DNA of 1,542 nucleotides. Source: Escherichia coli (lineage in GTDB: Bacteria > Pseudomonadota > Gammaproteobacteria > Enterobacterales > Enterobacteriaceae). The position numbers and the translations under genes were made by a program. Location: NCBI RefSeq assembly GCF_003334335.1, contig NZ_QOWQ01000103.1. The stretch is one strand, 5' to 3'. The notes under the pieces were generated by a model. It did no database searches, had not been told where the DNA came from, and saw only the letters and a program-made list of their open reading frames with translations. Below are positions 1 through 1,542 of this stretch, in pieces (the stretch's first letter is position 1; each line of letters starts with the position of its first letter).

Positions 1-26
1 GTAAGCGTACAGCCTGAACCGTCTGG
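1..26 (+). repeat. Putative left terminal inverted repeat (IRL) of the IS66-family element; inner boundary approximate
   Basis: Sequence gtaagcgtacagcctgaaccgtctgg starts with the GTAA(GCG) motif typical of IS66-family ends. The right end is not in the window, so the IR length and pairing cannot be verified. Confidence 0.5.
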
Positions 27-71
27 TCAGAATCTGACGAATTAGACAAAGTGGTGTCCACCAAATAAGTA

Positions 72-473
72 GTGGGAACCAAAGTGTCAGATATGCAGAA
101 AAATGTGACTCCCGGCAGGCGAAAAGGCTGCCCTAATTATCCTCCCGAATTTAAACAGCAGCTCGTTGCTGCCTCCTGTGAACCCGGGATATCCATCTCA
201 AAACTTGCTCTTGAAAATGGCATTAACGCCAATCTGTTGTTCAAATGGCGACAACAATGGCGCGAGGGAAAGCTGCTATTACCTTCTTCAGAGAGCCCCC
301 AGCTACTTCCTGTGACTCTCGATGCAGCTGCCGAACAGCCAGAATCGCTCGCAGAGGACCCGGAAACCCTCAGTATCAGCTGTGAGGTAACGTTCCGGCA
401 CGGGACGCTCCGCTTCAATGGCAATGTCAGCGAAAAGCTCCTGACTCTGCTGATACAGGAACTGAAGCGATGA
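72..473 (+). CDS. tnpA: IS66-family accessory protein TnpA (Orf1), small helix-turn-helix protein; start ambiguous (GTG at 72 or in-frame ATG at 93)
   Basis: 133-aa ORF from the track. The segment ...PEFKQQLVAASCEPGISISKLALENGINANLLFKWRQQWREG is a typical transposase-associated HTH signature. Stop TGA at 471-473 overlaps the next gene's ATG (ATGA). No strong Shine-Dalgarno sequence precedes either candidate start. Confidence 0.85.
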   Translation: MGTKVSDMQKNVTPGRRKGCPNYPPEFKQQLVAASCEPGISISKLALENGINANLLFKWRQQWREGKLLLPSSESPQLLPVTLDAAAEQPESLAEDPETLSISCEVTFRHGTLRFNGNVSEKLLTLLIQELKR

Positions 474-817
474 TCCCGTTACCTTCCGGGACCAAAATTT
501 GGCTGGTTGCCGGTATCACCGATATGAGAAATGGCTTCAACGGCCTGGCTGCGAAAGTACAAACGGCGCTGAAAGACGATCCCATGTCCGGCCATGTTTT
601 CATTTTCCGGGGCCGCAGCGGCAGTCAGGTTAAACTGCTGTGGTCCACCGGTGACGGACTGTGCCTCCTGACCAAACGGCTGGAGCGTGGGCGCTTCGCC
701 TGGCCGTCAGCCCGTGATGGCAAAGTGTTCCTTACGCAGGCGCAGCTGGCGATGCTGCTGGAAGGTATCGACTGGCGACAGCCCAAGCGGCTGCTGACCT
801 CCCTGACCATGCTGTAA
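470..817 (+). CDS. tnpB: IS66-family Orf2 protein (TnpB of IS66 type; unrelated to the IS200/IS605 TnpB nuclease)
   Basis: 115-aa ORF. The translation MIPLPSGTKIWLVAGITDMRNGFNGLAAKVQ...HVFIFRGRSGSQVKLLWSTGDGLCLLTKRLERGRFAWP matches the highly conserved IS66 Orf2 pattern. ATG at 470-472 overlaps the tnpA stop. Stop TAA at 815-817. Confidence 0.9.
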   Translation: MIPLPSGTKIWLVAGITDMRNGFNGLAAKVQTALKDDPMSGHVFIFRGRSGSQVKLLWSTGDGLCLLTKRLERGRFAWPSARDGKVFLTQAQLAMLLEGIDWRQPKRLLTSLTML

Positions 818-843
818 ATCTCTTTATCCTGGTTGTCACAGAA

Positions 844-867
844 TAAGCCCGGTAAAATACGGGCTTA
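844..867 (+). promoter_or_regulatory. Stem-loop in the tnpB-tnpC intergenic region that includes the first base of the tnpC start codon; possible translational control element
   Basis: Read directly: taagcccg (844-851), loop gtaaaata (852-859), cgggctta (860-867). This is a perfect 8-bp stem. It is not followed by a T-tract, so it does not look like an intrinsic terminator. Confidence 0.4.
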
Positions 868-1542
868 TGAACGACATCTCTTCTGACGACATCTTCCTGC
901 TAAAACAGCGCCTGGCCGAACAGGAAGCGCTGATCCACGCCCTGCAGGAAAAGCTGAGCAACCGGGAGCGCGAAATAGACCATCTGCAGGCGCAGCTGGA
1001 TAAACTCCGCCGGATGAACTTCGGCAGTCGTTCCGAAAAAGTCTCCCGCCGTATCGCACAAATGGAAGCCGATCTGAACCGGCTTCAGAAAGAGAGCGAT
1101 ACGCTGACTGGTAGGGTGTATGACCCGGCAGTACAGCGTCCGTTGCGTCAGACCCGCACCCGTAAGCCGTTCCCTGAATCACTACCCCGTGACGAAAAGC
1201 GACTGTTGCCTGCGGCGCCGTGCTGCCCGAACTGCGGCGGTTCACTGAGCTATCTGGGCGAGGATACCGCCGAACAGCTGGAGTTGATGCGTAGCGCATT
1301 CCGGGTTATCCGGACGGTACGGGAAAAACATGCCTGTACTCAGTGCGATGCCATCGTGCAGGCACCTGCACCTTCGCGGCCCATCGAGCGGGGTATCGCC
1401 GGACCGGGGCTGCTGGCCCGCGTGCTGACCTCGAAGTATGCAGAGCACACCCCGCTGTATTGCCAGTCAGAAATATACGGCCGGCAAGGTGTGGAGCTGA
1501 GCCGTTCACTGCTGTCGGGCTGGGTGGATGCATGCTGCCGGC
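867..1542 (+). CDS. tnpC: IS66-family transposase TnpC (Orf3), N-terminal ~225 codons; 3'-partial, continues beyond the window
   Basis: ATG at 867-869 opens a frame with no stop to the window end; it is absent from the ORF track because it lacks a stop. My translation reads MNDISSDDIFLLKQRLAEQEALIHALQEKLSNREREIDHLQAQLDKLRRMNFGSRSEK...LPAAPCCPNCGG...HACTQCD...YAEHTPLYCQSEIYGRQGVELSRSLLSGWVDACC. This shows a leucine-rich coiled coil followed by a CxxC...CxxC zinc-finger-like motif, as expected for the IS66 TnpC N-terminus. The DDE catalytic domain would lie downstream of the window. Confidence 0.85.
   Translation, partial: MNDISSDDIFLLKQRLAEQEALIHALQEKLSNREREIDHLQAQLDKLRRMNFGSRSEKVSRRIAQMEADLNRLQKESDTLTGRVYDPAVQRPLRQTRTRKPFPESLPRDEKRLLPAAPCCPNCGGSLSYLGEDTAEQLELMRSAFRVIRTVREKHACTQCDAIVQAPAPSRPIERGIAGPGLLARVLTSKYAEHTPLYCQSEIYGRQGVELSRSLLSGWVDACCR

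Larger units (their letters stand above)
1..1542 (+). mobile_element. IS66-family insertion sequence, left end plus tnpA-tnpB-tnpC(5' part); element continues past the window's 3' edge
   Basis: Window begins with GTAAGCG, which I recall as the characteristic terminus of IS66-family elements. It is followed by three co-directional ORFs in the canonical IS66 order and sizes (133 aa, 115 aa, then a long ORF). The translated products are recognisably IS66 Orf1, Orf2 and Orf3. Exact IS name (ISEc8/ISEc22/ISEc23-like) is not determinable without a database search. Confidence 0.85.

Noticed and set aside
24-71. Sigma70 promoter for tnpA in the leader
   Set aside because: The best -35-like hexamers (tggtca 24-29, ctgacg 34-39, ttagac 42-47) have no acceptable -10 hexamer at 15-19 bp spacing. 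A promoter probably exists here or reads in from outside, but I cannot place one from the sequence.
137-424. 95-aa minus-strand ORF antisense to tnpA
   Set aside because: It lies entirely inside the well-supported tnpA coding region on the opposite strand. The product is low-complexity and rich in Ser, Ala and Arg, typical of spurious antisense frames in GC-rich coding DNA.
625-810. 61-aa minus-strand ORF antisense to tnpB
   Set aside because: It is fully contained within the conserved tnpB coding sequence. The product is Arg- and Ser-rich with no recognisable motif.
833-858. Possible tnpC promoter: ttgtca (833-838) and taaaat (853-858)
   Set aside because: Both hexamers are near consensus, but the spacer is only 14 bp, outside the functional 15-19 bp range. 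tnpC is more likely co-transcribed with tnpA and tnpB.
844-867. Rho-independent terminator after tnpB
   Set aside because: The hairpin has no downstream U-tract (it is followed by atgaacgac) and sits directly on the tnpC start codon. A translational role is more plausible than termination.
807-869. Programmed frameshift or readthrough fusing tnpB to tnpC
   Set aside because: The tnpC frame is open upstream of its ATG, but there is no slippery heptamer near the tnpB stop. IS66-family elements are known to express these as separate proteins, unlike the IS3 family.
865-1533. Three overlapping minus-strand ORFs (865..1299, 1242..1448, 1306..1533) antisense to tnpC
   Set aside because: The + strand frame starting at 867 gives a coherent IS66 transposase N-terminus with a coiled coil and zinc finger. 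The antisense frames are Arg-, Pro- and Ala-rich artefacts of the GC-rich sense codons.
1-1542. A novel defence or other undescribed system, CRISPR array, or RNA gene
   Set aside because: The whole window is accounted for by a canonical IS66-family left end and its three genes. I found no repeat array and no tRNA- or rRNA-like sequence, and there is no non-IS coding capacity.

Overview
This window is the left ~1.5 kb of an IS66-family insertion sequence, apparently of the enterobacterial type; it is not a novel system. The window opens exactly on an IS66-type terminus (5'-GTAAGCG...). It then carries the canonical three-gene + strand array: tnpA (small HTH accessory protein), tnpB (IS66 Orf2, overlapping tnpA by ATGA), and the 5' part of tnpC (the transposase, with an N-terminal coiled coil and a CxxC...CxxC zinc-finger motif), which runs off the 3' edge. 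All three reading frames are intact in the window. The minus-strand ORFs in the track are antisense artefacts of GC-rich coding sequence. The only features not explained by the gene calls are a 13-bp palindrome in the leader, a start-codon-occluding hairpin before tnpC, and weak or absent Shine-Dalgarno signals. No homology search could be run; protein-family assignments rest on recognition of the translated sequences.
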